Part shown: positions 8,829-18,631 of the stretch, in pieces
Layout of the letters: each line of letters opens with the position of its first letter
Numbering within the stretch: position 1 is the first letter of the stretch
DNA from: Candidatus Saccharimonadia bacterium
Lineage (GTDB): Bacteria; Patescibacteriota; Saccharimonadia; Saccharimonadales; 2-12-FULL-41-12
NCBI GenBank assembly: GCA_963717365.1
Contig: OY970327.1
Coordinates: 863,752-927,751 of the forward strand
Direction: 5' to 3'
DNA: 64,000 nt
Program-made: the position numbers and the translations under genes
Notes under the pieces: model-generated
Seen by the model: the letters and a program-made list of their open reading frames with translations, nothing else
Told to the model about the DNA's origin: nothing
The model's database searches: none

Positions 8829-9938
8829 TTAACTTACCTGTTTTATAAGATACTGTGCCAAGTCGTCGAGGAACTGCACTGTTTCGGGAGTCCACCGTTT
8901 TGCGTATTGCTTAAGCGAGCCGCGAGCCGCATCAATATGATTAGCGGCAGCTTTTTTAGCATTCACAATCGCTCCGGAGCCGATTAAAATGTCTTTGCAT
9001 CTCTGAAATTCATCCTCGCACAGAGCTTGATTCCCCAAGCAGGACGCCAGAAAAGCGGCATTGTCAGGCGTAGCATGACGTAGTGCATACTCAGTTAACA
9101 AGGTTTGCTTGCCTTCTCGGATATCATCACTGGCAGTCTTACCACTTTCTCCTGTCTGGCTTAGCACTTTTAGGTCATCGATAATCTGGAATGCTTTACC
9201 TGTGTGCAGCGCGTATTCGATGATTGCGTTGGTATCTTCGCAAGGAGCGCCGGCTAAAACCATTCCCATGTGAATAGGGTTTAAAAAACTGTAATGAGCA
9301 GTTTTCCATTGTAGAACATTTTCAATTTCAGATACTGTTACTTTTTCTGAAGTTATTTCGTTAATAATATCATGTGTCTGTCCGTGAACGGTTACGGCCA
9401 TGGTGTGGTTCATGATATTAATAGCTTTGACGCGTAATTCATCACTTACATCCAGGTTCGCAAGCAGCATTTCGGCCCGATGCAAACCAAGCAGCGCAGC
9501 ATTTATGGCAAGCGACATTCCGTTATGCACGGGTTCGCCTTTCCATTTTTCTAGCACGTGTGCGGACTCAAGTAATTTATGGGCACTTGGGCCTCCCCTA
9601 CGCAGCGCTCCTCTGTCTTGGATATCATCGATAATGAGAATGTAAGCATGTATCATCTCCACTGCCCGGGCGGCATGGATGATCATCGTCTGGTTGGTGC
9701 CACCACACATTTCGTAACCAACCATTGCTAGAGTCCCACGAAGACGTTTGCAGTCTCGTTGGAGTATATCGCTGAAGGTATCACTAACGAGTAACGATGG
9801 AGTACCATAGGTTTGCTTTGTCTGCCCTGCGACTTCTGCGCAGTACTCTGCGATATCATCGTCTATCAACTGTTTGTATTCATTAAGCTGTTGCTTGAAC
9901 ACATTTTGAGAAGATTCTGTCGGAACAGCACGACTCAT
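8829..9938 (-). CDS. polyprenyl diphosphate synthase (FPP/GGPP synthase family)
   Basis: First and second Asp-rich motifs LIIDDIQDRGALRRG and FQIIDDLKV. Confidence 0.9.
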   Translation of the reverse strand: MSRAVPTESSQNVFKQQLNEYKQLIDDDIAEYCAEVAGQTKQTYGTPSLLVSDTFSDILQRDCKRLRGTLAMVGYEMCGGTNQTMIIHAARAVEMIHAYILIIDDIQDRGALRRGGPSAHKLLESAHVLEKWKGEPVHNGMSLAINAALLGLHRAEMLLANLDVSDELRVKAINIMNHTMAVTVHGQTHDIINEITSEKVTVSEIENVLQWKTAHYSFLNPIHMGMVLAGAPCEDTNAIIEYALHTGKAFQIIDDLKVLSQTGESGKTASDDIREGKQTLLTEYALRHATPDNAAFLASCLGNQALCEDEFQRCKDILIGSGAIVNAKKAAANHIDAARGSLKQYAKRWTPETVQFLDDLAQYLIKQVS

Positions 9939-10501
9939 AGTAAGTCTTTTAGGAATTTTTCGGCGGTTTGTTTGAATGACTCAATACTATCGCTATCATT
10001 AGTAAGAAAACGGTCGGCGGCAGCTTTAACCCCTGCTACATTTAAGGTAGCAGCGTCGCCAGAGTGTTGCATTTCTGACTGTTCTTCCGCTAAAAACTGT
10101 TCGAAGCTTTTATTATCTTCAACTCGGCCGCGGGCAGAACGCGTTATCCGGTCATAGCGAATTTTTGGATCTGAGTCGATCCAGACTACTACGCCGTTTA
10201 GTTCGTGGACTCGGTCTACTTCGCCCGAGTTGCGCAAACTGCCAACTACTAGTTTATCGATTCCGGCAGCCTTGGCCGCTTCGACACCTTTGTCGACAAT
10301 AACACCCAAGCCATGCTCGCGCCGCCACTCGGCACTAACCATACGCTTATTTTCCCGCTCGTGTGGCAATCCGCGCTTGGTCAGTTCGTCACCAAGCATA
10401 TCGGTGGCTGAAGCAAAATAAAAACCATGCTTCTCAACCAACATATGTGCGATAGTATCTTTTCCACTACCGTTACTACCAGCAACCCCAATAACTTTCA
10501 T
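9935..10501 (-). CDS. P-loop nucleoside/nucleotide kinase-like protein (dephospho-CoA kinase / NMP kinase fold)
   Basis: Walker A GVAGSNGSGKDT at N-terminus, 188 aa; stop overlaps the polyprenyl synthase start by 4 nt. Confidence 0.65.
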   Translation of the reverse strand: MKVIGVAGSNGSGKDTIAHMLVEKHGFYFASATDMLGDELTKRGLPHERENKRMVSAEWRREHGLGVIVDKGVEAAKAAGIDKLVVGSLRNSGEVDRVHELNGVVVWIDSDPKIRYDRITRSARGRVEDNKSFEQFLAEEQSEMQHSGDAATLNVAGVKAAADRFLTNDSDSIESFKQTAEKFLKDLL

Positions 10502-10520
10502 CTATTTAACTATACCAGTT

Positions 10521-11639
<1,119 letters not shown>

Positions 11640-11752
11640 GTATTCTCCTAAATCTTATGTCGCACAAGATACTAAATTTATTAACATTTCATTAAAATTT
11701 AATGAAATGTTCGTTTTCTATTCGTATTTTACTAACTATCACTCTATTTTGC

Positions 11753-13501
11753 CTACTCTCGGGTACGCCGTAGTAGCTGATTGAGCTTATTCACCCGGGC
11801 TAGTAAGCCGGCAGCTTCTGCTTCGGAAGCAGTTTTGAGTTTTTTTCGAATTATTTGGTTTTGCTTTTTTACAAAATGGTCTATTACCGTGGCCCTAAGT
11901 CGTGCGGCTTCGTATTGAAGTTCCGTCATATCGATCTCGCCGTATAGTTCTTCGAACTGTAATGAGAGTATTTTAACATAATCACTAATTGGTTGCAATT
12001 CTTTAGCCTTAGTAAGATTACCGTCAAAATCAGGGTCACTTTGCAGATAGGCAGCGACGGTCTGAGCGTCAGTACCCGTAAACATGTGTTTGCTTGTATG
12101 ATCCAAATAATGCCGGGCACTGGGTAGCATCAGCATAATCCCCAGAAACCGCTCTTGAACCCTAAGATCTTCCCTGGCCACCGGCGACTCTTGCTGGGCA
12201 TTCGCACTAACAGCTTTACGTCGTTGCGTGTCACTCTTAACAGCGCTTAGTTTTGCTCGTAATGAATCAGCATGTACCTCTGTTAATTCGGCAATTTTTT
12301 GAATATAATGGTCCTGCTCTACAGGGTCTGTTAGAAGTTTTACTATTGCCAGCGAAACATCACTAAACTGACGCTTACCAGATGCACTACTCAGATCAAG
12401 ACGCTGCTGGTACATGCTAAGCAGCCAGTCAAGCGCTGGTTCATGGTTATCAATTGCCTGCGCCCATAAACTGGGATCCTGCTTAATCAACTCATCGGGA
12501 TCTTTGCCGTTTGGAATGGTGACAATCCCTAGATCAACACCAACCTTTCCAGCAATAGGAATGGCTCGTTCGGCAGCTGCAATGCCAGCTTTATCTTGGT
12601 CGAATGCCAAGCGAACATCTGGCGTCAACCGGCTTAATGCCTTGAGCTGCATTTCAGTCAGTGCCGTCCCGGCCGTTGCTACTACGTTAGTAATGCCTGC
12701 TTGATGAGAAGCTATTACGTCCAAATTTCCCTCTACTAGTACGGCAATTTTTTCTTTTTGAATCGCCTTCTTAGCCAGATGCAGGCCGTAGACATGACGG
12801 CTTTTATCGTAGAGCGGCGTGGCAGGCGTATTAATATACTTGGGTGCATTTTCGATGTCTTTTAGTAGCCGGGCCGTGAAACCAATCACTTGACCAAAGG
12901 GGTCACATAAGGGCACCATGATGCGGCCACGGAACATATCTGACAATCCGCCGCGACGATCAACTGATACTCCGGCAGCCCGAAGCTCTTCTTCCGTAAA
13001 TTTTTTTGACATCAAATAATCAGTTAAGACGCGTTGGCCATCTGGGCTATAACCGATTCGGAAATCAATAATCGTCTGTTTGGTATAGCCGCGTCTTTTA
13101 ATAATATATTCATAGGCTTCTTTATGAGTGCTGAATTGTACTTGGTAAAATTTGGCGGCGGCATCAAGCAAACTGAACAATCGTGCTTTGTCGGGACCTT
13201 TATTGCCTCCTTTTTTCTCGTACTGCTCTAGGTCGACACCTGCCTTACGTGCTAGCAGTGTCAGCGAATCTTTAAAATCAATGCCCTCAACTTCTTGTAT
13301 AAAGGTAAACATATCTCCACCGCGTCCCGAACTGAAATCATGCCAGATCTGTTTTTCAGGGCTAACTACAAAACTGGGAGTTCTCTCGGCCGAAAATGGG
13401 CTTAAGCCTTTAAAGTTTTTGCCGGCGCGCTTTAGTTGCACGTATTCGCTAATCACATCCTCAATACTCAATCGGGCTTTAACTTCTTGTACCGCGTCCA
13501 T
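11753..13501 (-). CDS. dnaG: DNA primase
   Basis: ORF track 11753..13543 trimmed to MDAVQEVKARLSIEDVISEYVQL. TOPRIM region (VLVEGNLDVIASHQAG, AFDQDKAG). The N-terminal zinc-ribbon region is present but its ligands are substituted (see finding). Confidence 0.92.
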   Translation of the reverse strand: MDAVQEVKARLSIEDVISEYVQLKRAGKNFKGLSPFSAERTPSFVVSPEKQIWHDFSSGRGGDMFTFIQEVEGIDFKDSLTLLARKAGVDLEQYEKKGGNKGPDKARLFSLLDAAAKFYQVQFSTHKEAYEYIIKRRGYTKQTIIDFRIGYSPDGQRVLTDYLMSKKFTEEELRAAGVSVDRRGGLSDMFRGRIMVPLCDPFGQVIGFTARLLKDIENAPKYINTPATPLYDKSRHVYGLHLAKKAIQKEKIAVLVEGNLDVIASHQAGITNVVATAGTALTEMQLKALSRLTPDVRLAFDQDKAGIAAAERAIPIAGKVGVDLGIVTIPNGKDPDELIKQDPSLWAQAIDNHEPALDWLLSMYQQRLDLSSASGKRQFSDVSLAIVKLLTDPVEQDHYIQKIAELTEVHADSLRAKLSAVKSDTQRRKAVSANAQQESPVAREDLRVQERFLGIMLMLPSARHYLDHTSKHMFTGTDAQTVAAYLQSDPDFDGNLTKAKELQPISDYVKILSLQFEELYGEIDMTELQYEAARLRATVIDHFVKKQNQIIRKKLKTASEAEAAGLLARVNKLNQLLRRTRE

Positions 13502-13609
13502 AAAAGCTATTTTACATCTCCTAACACCAGTGTAAGGCACCATTAAGAAATAGCCAATTCGGTAAGATTAGCGGTTAGCTCTTAGACTTTTTAGCGTTAG
13601 GACTATAAA

Positions 13610-14236
13610 ATGATAGGCATGCCTCCCCAACAGCAAAATTCTTATGATTTTATTCTAAACAGTAGCCCCAAGCCACCGAGCGGTCCATCACTGGGTGGTA
13701 GCAAGATCGGCCGGGTTTTAGTTGCGGTTGTTGGCGCGGTCATATTAATTATCGTGGCGGTAACAATTAATAGTTTTCTCAGTAGCAGCGGCAAGGAACA
13801 AGACCTGCGTCTCATAGAGGTTGCCAAGTCCCAAACTGAATTGATCCGTGTGGCTAACCTTGCCACTGTGCAGGGAAAATCCAAAGATCTAAATACCCGT
13901 ATTTTTGCGGTTAATACTCGCGCTTCGCTTGAATCATCTACTAAAGAGACACAGGCTCTGCTGGTAACTCGTGGGCTCAAGCAGAAAAATTTTAGTAAAC
14001 TACTAGCGGCTAGTGCTAACCCAAAAACCGATGCCGCGCTTGATGAAGCTACCAAAAATAACCGCTTTGATGAAACGTTTTTGAAACTTATGGAAAAACA
14101 GCTGGCTGATTATCAGAAGTTGCTCAAAGTCGCCCACGAGGGTGGCAGCCCTGCCGAAAAGCAGGTCTTAACTAAGTCATTCGATAACGCCAAGCTACTG
14201 GCTATTAAATTTAGTGCCAGTAGCACCGCGCCATAA
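13610..14236 (+). CDS. membrane-anchored hypothetical protein
   Basis: 208 aa, single TM (VLVAVVGAVILIIVAVTINSFL) after a short N-terminal tail; no family recognised. Confidence 0.6.
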   Translation: MIGMPPQQQNSYDFILNSSPKPPSGPSLGGSKIGRVLVAVVGAVILIIVAVTINSFLSSSGKEQDLRLIEVAKSQTELIRVANLATVQGKSKDLNTRIFAVNTRASLESSTKETQALLVTRGLKQKNFSKLLAASANPKTDAALDEATKNNRFDETFLKLMEKQLADYQKLLKVAHEGGSPAEKQVLTKSFDNAKLLAIKFSASSTAP

Positions 14237-14269
14237 CCTTTGAGCCTGGCATGATCTATCCAGGCTGAG

Positions 14270-14614
14270 TTAATCAATGGTCGGTATGGCATTGCTATTG
14301 CCTGCCGCCAAGTCATAACTATGCCGGATCAAGCCTTGCACTTCTTCCCATGGCAGCTGCCCGCTTAAAACGATCGTATTCCAGTGCTTTTTATTCAGGT
14401 GATAGCCGGGCATAACCGTTTCATATTTTTCTCTGAGTACTACGGCCAGCTGTGGGTCGCATTTTAGACTGATGCTCACCGGCTCACGTCCCTCAGCGAT
14501 TAACGCAAACATTTTATCGTTGATTTTATAGACTGCCACATCTTCACCAAACGGATATTCTCGCACGGCATTGGGCATTTCAAAAATGTAGTCTTCAACT
14601 ATTTTGTGGTTCAT
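14270..14614 (-). CDS. MmcQ/YjbR family DNA-binding protein
   Basis: PFGEDVAVYKINDKMFALI...ISLKCDP...MPGYHLNKKHWNTIVL matches the YjbR pattern. Confidence 0.8.
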   Translation of the reverse strand: MNHKIVEDYIFEMPNAVREYPFGEDVAVYKINDKMFALIAEGREPVSISLKCDPQLAVVLREKYETVMPGYHLNKKHWNTIVLSGQLPWEEVQGLIRHSYDLAAGNSNAIPTID

Positions 14615-14671
14615 GTATTATAGAAGTATAGCATTTAACGTCTATAGAATTGACATTTAAGTAATAAGGTT

Positions 14672-14938
14672 ATGATACGAAAACATTTACTTTCTTTTGC
14701 TGAAACATGCCGAGCAGTAGCTCAAGGCACTCCGGAAGAGCACGCCGCTTTGGCAGCAATCCGGACAGAACGTAACCGTGTTGCTGAAGTTATGCCTGTT
14801 GAACTTGCAAAGAGTTATGCTGCATGCGCTCAGGCAACCGGCTACTTAGCCGTAAGAAATGCTCAAACTGCTCGGCATGATGTGTACGAACATGTTACCG
14901 GCGAGTTTACTGCCGTTCCTCCCCAAACTATGCTTTAG
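14672..14938 (+). CDS. hypothetical protein
   Basis: 88-aa ORF filling the gap between convergent neighbours; no motif recognised. Confidence 0.4.
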   Translation: MIRKHLLSFAETCRAVAQGTPEEHAALAAIRTERNRVAEVMPVELAKSYAACAQATGYLAVRNAQTARHDVYEHVTGEFTAVPPQTML

Positions 14939-14939
14939 G

Positions 14940-15500
14940 TTAACTGGCTACTGACGCCGGCTGGTGTTGAAGCCAGTCCAAATATTCTTGTAGTTCAGAG
15001 ATACTTGCGTGAATATCATCATACGCACGATGGGCTTCTTTTTTCTCATGTTTAAGTCCGTATTTTGCCTGCATTATTATTTTAAAACTGCTCACATCAA
15101 GCATTCGATAGTGGAGCAGCGCATCAATTTCCGGCCACAGAGCTGTAATGAAGCGACGATCATTATGAATAGAATTACCTGCTAAAACAGCGGGCTCACC
15201 CTTAAACTGTGTATTAATAAAAGTTACGAGTTCCTTTACGACGTCCTGTTCACGCCTACCTTTAGTTCGGCAACTTTCTATTAAGCCGTTTTTTGTATGA
15301 TGTTCAACGCACCACTCATTCATAGTTGTTAGTTTTTCTTCGGGCTGAAAGATTATGGCATGGTAACTGGCAAGCGAGTTAAAATTAAAGTCAGTAACTT
15401 CGGCAGCAACTTCTAATATAACATCGGTGGCGCTATCCAAGCCGGTCAACTCCAGATCAATCCAGAGCAACCTGGTAGCCACGGCGTCTTTATCTATCAT
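14940..15500 (-). CDS. orn: oligoribonuclease
   Basis: LLWIDLELTGLD...ILEVAAEVTD DEDDh exonuclease motifs, C-terminal HRAYDDI. Confidence 0.9.
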   Translation of the reverse strand: MIDKDAVATRLLWIDLELTGLDSATDVILEVAAEVTDFNFNSLASYHAIIFQPEEKLTTMNEWCVEHHTKNGLIESCRTKGRREQDVVKELVTFINTQFKGEPAVLAGNSIHNDRRFITALWPEIDALLHYRMLDVSSFKIIMQAKYGLKHEKKEAHRAYDDIHASISELQEYLDWLQHQPASVAS

Positions 15501-15567
15501 TACAGATATTATATATCATTGAGTAGAGATTTTATTTCTGGTTGCTATATAGTGTAAGCTAAGCATT

Positions 15568-16314
15568 ATGACACGTAAAAAATCTCTTTTAATCATTAGT
15601 TTGTTCTCTTTTATATTGCTAGCCGGTCTAGCTACGGCGATTTACATAATTGTGAAACAGCAAGTAGACAAATCAGCAGAGGTAGTTCAGAAAATACCAG
15701 AACAACCTAACAACGAGCCGAGCTTATTCACATTTGATAAAAATCGCTACCCCACCGACAAACCCGAGAGCCCATGGGTGGTGATTAATAAACAGCGACC
15801 CTTGCTTCCCACCTATATCCCCGCCGATTTGAAAACTGTCAGCAGCGCACAGTTACAAACACAAGCCGCAGCTGATCTTGAGCAACTAATTACGGTCGCG
15901 GCACAAAATAACGCAGTTTTACGGGTTATCAGTGGCTACCGATCATATGATACTCAAAAGACACTCTATAATAATTACGTTAAAAAAGATGGACAAGCCA
16001 AAGCTGATACGTATAGCGCTCGTCCTGGTCATAGCGAACATCAAACCGGGCTGGCAGCCGACCTTGGCAATGGCAGCGGGCATTGCGACCTCGATATTTG
16101 TTTTGCAACCACTGCTGGTGGGCAATGGCTGGCTAATAATGCTCATACCTATGGTTTTATTATCCGTTATCCAGAAGCTAAGACGGCAATAACTGGCTTC
16201 CAGTACGAGCCCTGGCACATCCGCTACGTTGGCGTTGATTTAGCCAATGAACTACGTGCAAAAAAACAGACAATGGAAGAATTTTTTAGCCTGCCGGCCG
16301 CGCCTAATTATTAA
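15568..16314 (+). CDS. D-alanyl-D-alanine carboxypeptidase, peptidase M15 (VanY-like), membrane anchored
   Basis: SGYRSYDTQ, PGHSEHQTGLAADL, EPWHIRYVG zinc-peptidase motifs; N-terminal TM. Confidence 0.88.
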   Translation: MTRKKSLLIISLFSFILLAGLATAIYIIVKQQVDKSAEVVQKIPEQPNNEPSLFTFDKNRYPTDKPESPWVVINKQRPLLPTYIPADLKTVSSAQLQTQAAADLEQLITVAAQNNAVLRVISGYRSYDTQKTLYNNYVKKDGQAKADTYSARPGHSEHQTGLAADLGNGSGHCDLDICFATTAGGQWLANNAHTYGFIIRYPEAKTAITGFQYEPWHIRYVGVDLANELRAKKQTMEEFFSLPAAPNY

Positions 16315-16316
16315 AT

Positions 16317-16706
16317 TTATTTTTTACTTTGAAAATCTAGGCTGGCGGAATTAATACAGTAACGTTTGCCACCCGGCTGGTCATAGGCATCATCAAACAC
16401 GTGGCCTAAATGTCCGTCGCAGGTTCCACATTCTACTTCTACGCGGGCGACTCCCAAGCTAGTATCATCAAGTAACTTTACTTTGTCCGAACTGGCTACA
16501 TCATAAAAACTAGGCCAACCGGAGCCAGAGTCAAATTTATGGTCGCTCTTAAACAAAATGGTGCCGCAGGCAGCGCAAGTATAGTCTCCAGTATCCTTAT
16601 TATTGAGCAGATGTCCGGTGAAGGGTGGCTCGGTCCCTTTTTCCCTTAAAATCTTATACTGGCCCGGGGTTAAACGGTTTTTCCAGTCTTCATTTGTTAA
16701 CTGCAT
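16317..16706 (-). CDS. msrB: peptide-methionine (R)-S-oxide reductase
   Basis: Trimmed from 16317..16817 to MQLTNEDWKNRLTPGQYKILREKGTEPPFTG; CxxC pairs and GHLGHVFDD...RYCINS. Confidence 0.93.
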   Translation of the reverse strand: MQLTNEDWKNRLTPGQYKILREKGTEPPFTGHLLNNKDTGDYTCAACGTILFKSDHKFDSGSGWPSFYDVASSDKVKLLDDTSLGVARVEVECGTCDGHLGHVFDDAYDQPGGKRYCINSASLDFQSKK

Positions 16707-16753
16707 AATTGCATGTATTATACTTGAGCTTAGAAGAGTATACTGTACGTAAT

Positions 16754-17467
16754 ATGACAAAATATCTGATAATGGCATTGGTAGCCGGTATTGCCATTTT
16801 CGCGGGCGGTTATGCAATTTACACTATGATGCATAAAGATAAAGGAAGTGCTGCTAAGAGCATTGCGTTTGGTGAAGGCTTATCATATGTAGCCATTGGC
16901 GACTCCTATACTATTGGTGAAGGCGAAGCTGAGACAAATCGTTGGCCAAATCAACTTGTGGCAGGGCTTAAGGTAGAAGGCACGAAAATGTTCTTAGCGG
17001 CAAACCTTAGTCGCACCGGTTATACCACGCAAGATATTCAGACCCGTGAAATTGACATGCTTAAAAAAGCTAACCCAGATTTTGTGACACTTCTGGTAGG
17101 TGTTAATGATTATATTCAGGGAGCTAGTGCCGATGAGTTTACCAATCGCTACAGAAAGACACTAGATGACATCCAGGCCGCCGCGCCAAAAGCGAAAATA
17201 CTACTTATTACCATACCTGATTTTAGTAAAACCCCTGCTGGTGCCACTATTGGTAACCCAGTGGCAAGCGAATCAGGTATCCGTACCTATAATAAGATTA
17301 TTATTACCGAAGCCACTCAACGCAAGCTAGCGGTTGCCGACATTTTTGCTATCAGCCAAAAGTCATCCTCCGCTGGCGAACTAGTATCCGACGGTCTACA
17401 CCCTTCCGGCGCGCAGTACACCAAATGGTTGTCTGTCATCCAGCCAAAAGCCAAACAAGTTAATTAA
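16754..17467 (+). CDS. SGNH/GDSL hydrolase family protein, membrane anchored
   Basis: Trimmed to MTKYLIMALVAG; block I VAIGDSYTIGEG, block V DGLHPS. Confidence 0.8.
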   Translation: MTKYLIMALVAGIAIFAGGYAIYTMMHKDKGSAAKSIAFGEGLSYVAIGDSYTIGEGEAETNRWPNQLVAGLKVEGTKMFLAANLSRTGYTTQDIQTREIDMLKKANPDFVTLLVGVNDYIQGASADEFTNRYRKTLDDIQAAAPKAKILLITIPDFSKTPAGATIGNPVASESGIRTYNKIIITEATQRKLAVADIFAISQKSSSAGELVSDGLHPSGAQYTKWLSVIQPKAKQVN

Positions 17468-17480
17468 ACACTTTTGTTAT

Positions 17481-17966
17481 TTAAGTTTTTTTCTTGTCAA
17501 CTTTGTCGAGCTTGAGAGCACGAATAATGTAGTAAATAATAGCTACTACCGCCAAGAAGCTAATTAAAACATAGGCGAACTGGCCCCAGGAAAATACAGC
17601 GGTTTTATCGAGTTCCGAGATAGTCAGCGTAAATTTTTTCTGACTCAAGTCTCCCTGTCCCGGCAAGATCAATCCCAAAATTGGGTTAACAAAACTGGCA
17701 ATTAACTGGTCAACTAATAATTTAATCTGGGTACCAATAACCAGACCTATCGCCAGACCAACCACGCCTTGTTCACGGAAGAATGCCATAAAGCCATCAA
17801 GTCGAGTTACCTGCGATGTTTTTGTGGCTGTTCTCCGGGCATGTGCCCGAGCCGTAGCTGCTGCTTTGGCTCCTGCTGCTTTGGCAGTCCTAGTTGAGTA
17901 AGCGTCTTTAGTAGGTTTTCCAGTAGTTTTTGCTGTGTTTTTTCCTGAATTATTAGCTTGAGTCAT
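17481..17966 (-). CDS. mscL: large-conductance mechanosensitive channel with N-terminal basic extension
   Basis: FFREQGVVGLAIGLVIGTQIKLLVDQLIASFVNPILGLI matches the MscL TM1 region; ~57 aa Ala/Thr/Lys/Arg-rich leader; ATGA overlap with upstream gene. Confidence 0.85.
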   Translation of the reverse strand: MTQANNSGKNTAKTTGKPTKDAYSTRTAKAAGAKAAATARAHARRTATKTSQVTRLDGFMAFFREQGVVGLAIGLVIGTQIKLLVDQLIASFVNPILGLILPGQGDLSQKKFTLTISELDKTAVFSWGQFAYVLISFLAVVAIIYYIIRALKLDKVDKKKT

Positions 17967-18631
17967 AGCAATTGCTCCTTATTTTTTTCTATTTCACTAA
18001 TTAATATCTTCTGTAGCTGTCCGACTGTTGACACCAGGTGATCGGGGTGATAGCGTTCTAAAATAGAGATATCTTGCAGACCCCAGGATACCGCGATACT
18101 TTTCACCCCGGCCCGTTTGGCCGCCTGGATATCACGCACTTCATCGCCAATCATCCAAACTGCTTCCCGTGGAAGTCCGGTGCGCTGTACCAGCTCATTT
18201 ATAACCGAGGATTTACTACCAAATGACCGTTTGCGACGGTAGAGTATTTGCAAGTCATCCTGCAACCCATACCGCTCCAGAACGTGCTGGATAGTTTCTG
18301 AAGCATTACGACTTAAGATATAAGGCTCAATACCCTGGCTGCGCAGTTTGTGTATCATTTTTGGCACACCGGGGAATAGCTGTACTTTTTCCGACTCAAG
18401 TTTCATCAGCTTACGAACGCTTCCTACCAACAGCGGGAATTGCCAAAACCTAACGCCTGACCATTTGCGAGCTTCCCGCAGGCTGCCACGGCGCAATAAG
18501 GCATAATCTTTATCAGTCATAACGGTAAGTTTATTCTTGCTGGCAATTTCTGAATAAATTCGTCTAATAATAGGACCGCTGTCAGCCAGCGTACCATCGA
18601 AGTCAAAGATAACTATCGGCTTAGCAGCCAC
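17963..18631 (-). CDS. HAD-superfamily hydrolase (phosphoglycolate phosphatase-like)
   Basis: Motif I IVIFDFDGTLADS, motif IV-like MIGDEVRDIQAAKRAG. Confidence 0.8.
   Translation of the reverse strand: MAAKPIVIFDFDGTLADSGPIIRRIYSEIASKNKLTVMTDKDYALLRRGSLREARKWSGVRFWQFPLLVGSVRKLMKLESEKVQLFPGVPKMIHKLRSQGIEPYILSRNASETIQHVLERYGLQDDLQILYRRKRSFGSKSSVINELVQRTGLPREAVWMIGDEVRDIQAAKRAGVKSIAVSWGLQDISILERYHPDHLVSTVGQLQKILISEIEKNKEQLL

Noticed and set aside
11753-13543. N-terminally extended ORF-track starts (dnaG 13543, msrB 16817, SGNH 16709, tsaD 35196, tmk-like 49069, 3912..4664, 43783, 45509, 22803, 32289)
   Set aside because: The extensions lack homology to the family N-termini. They often start at non-ATG codons or overlap divergent neighbours. 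Internal ATGs that coincide with conserved N-termini and/or SD sequences were preferred.
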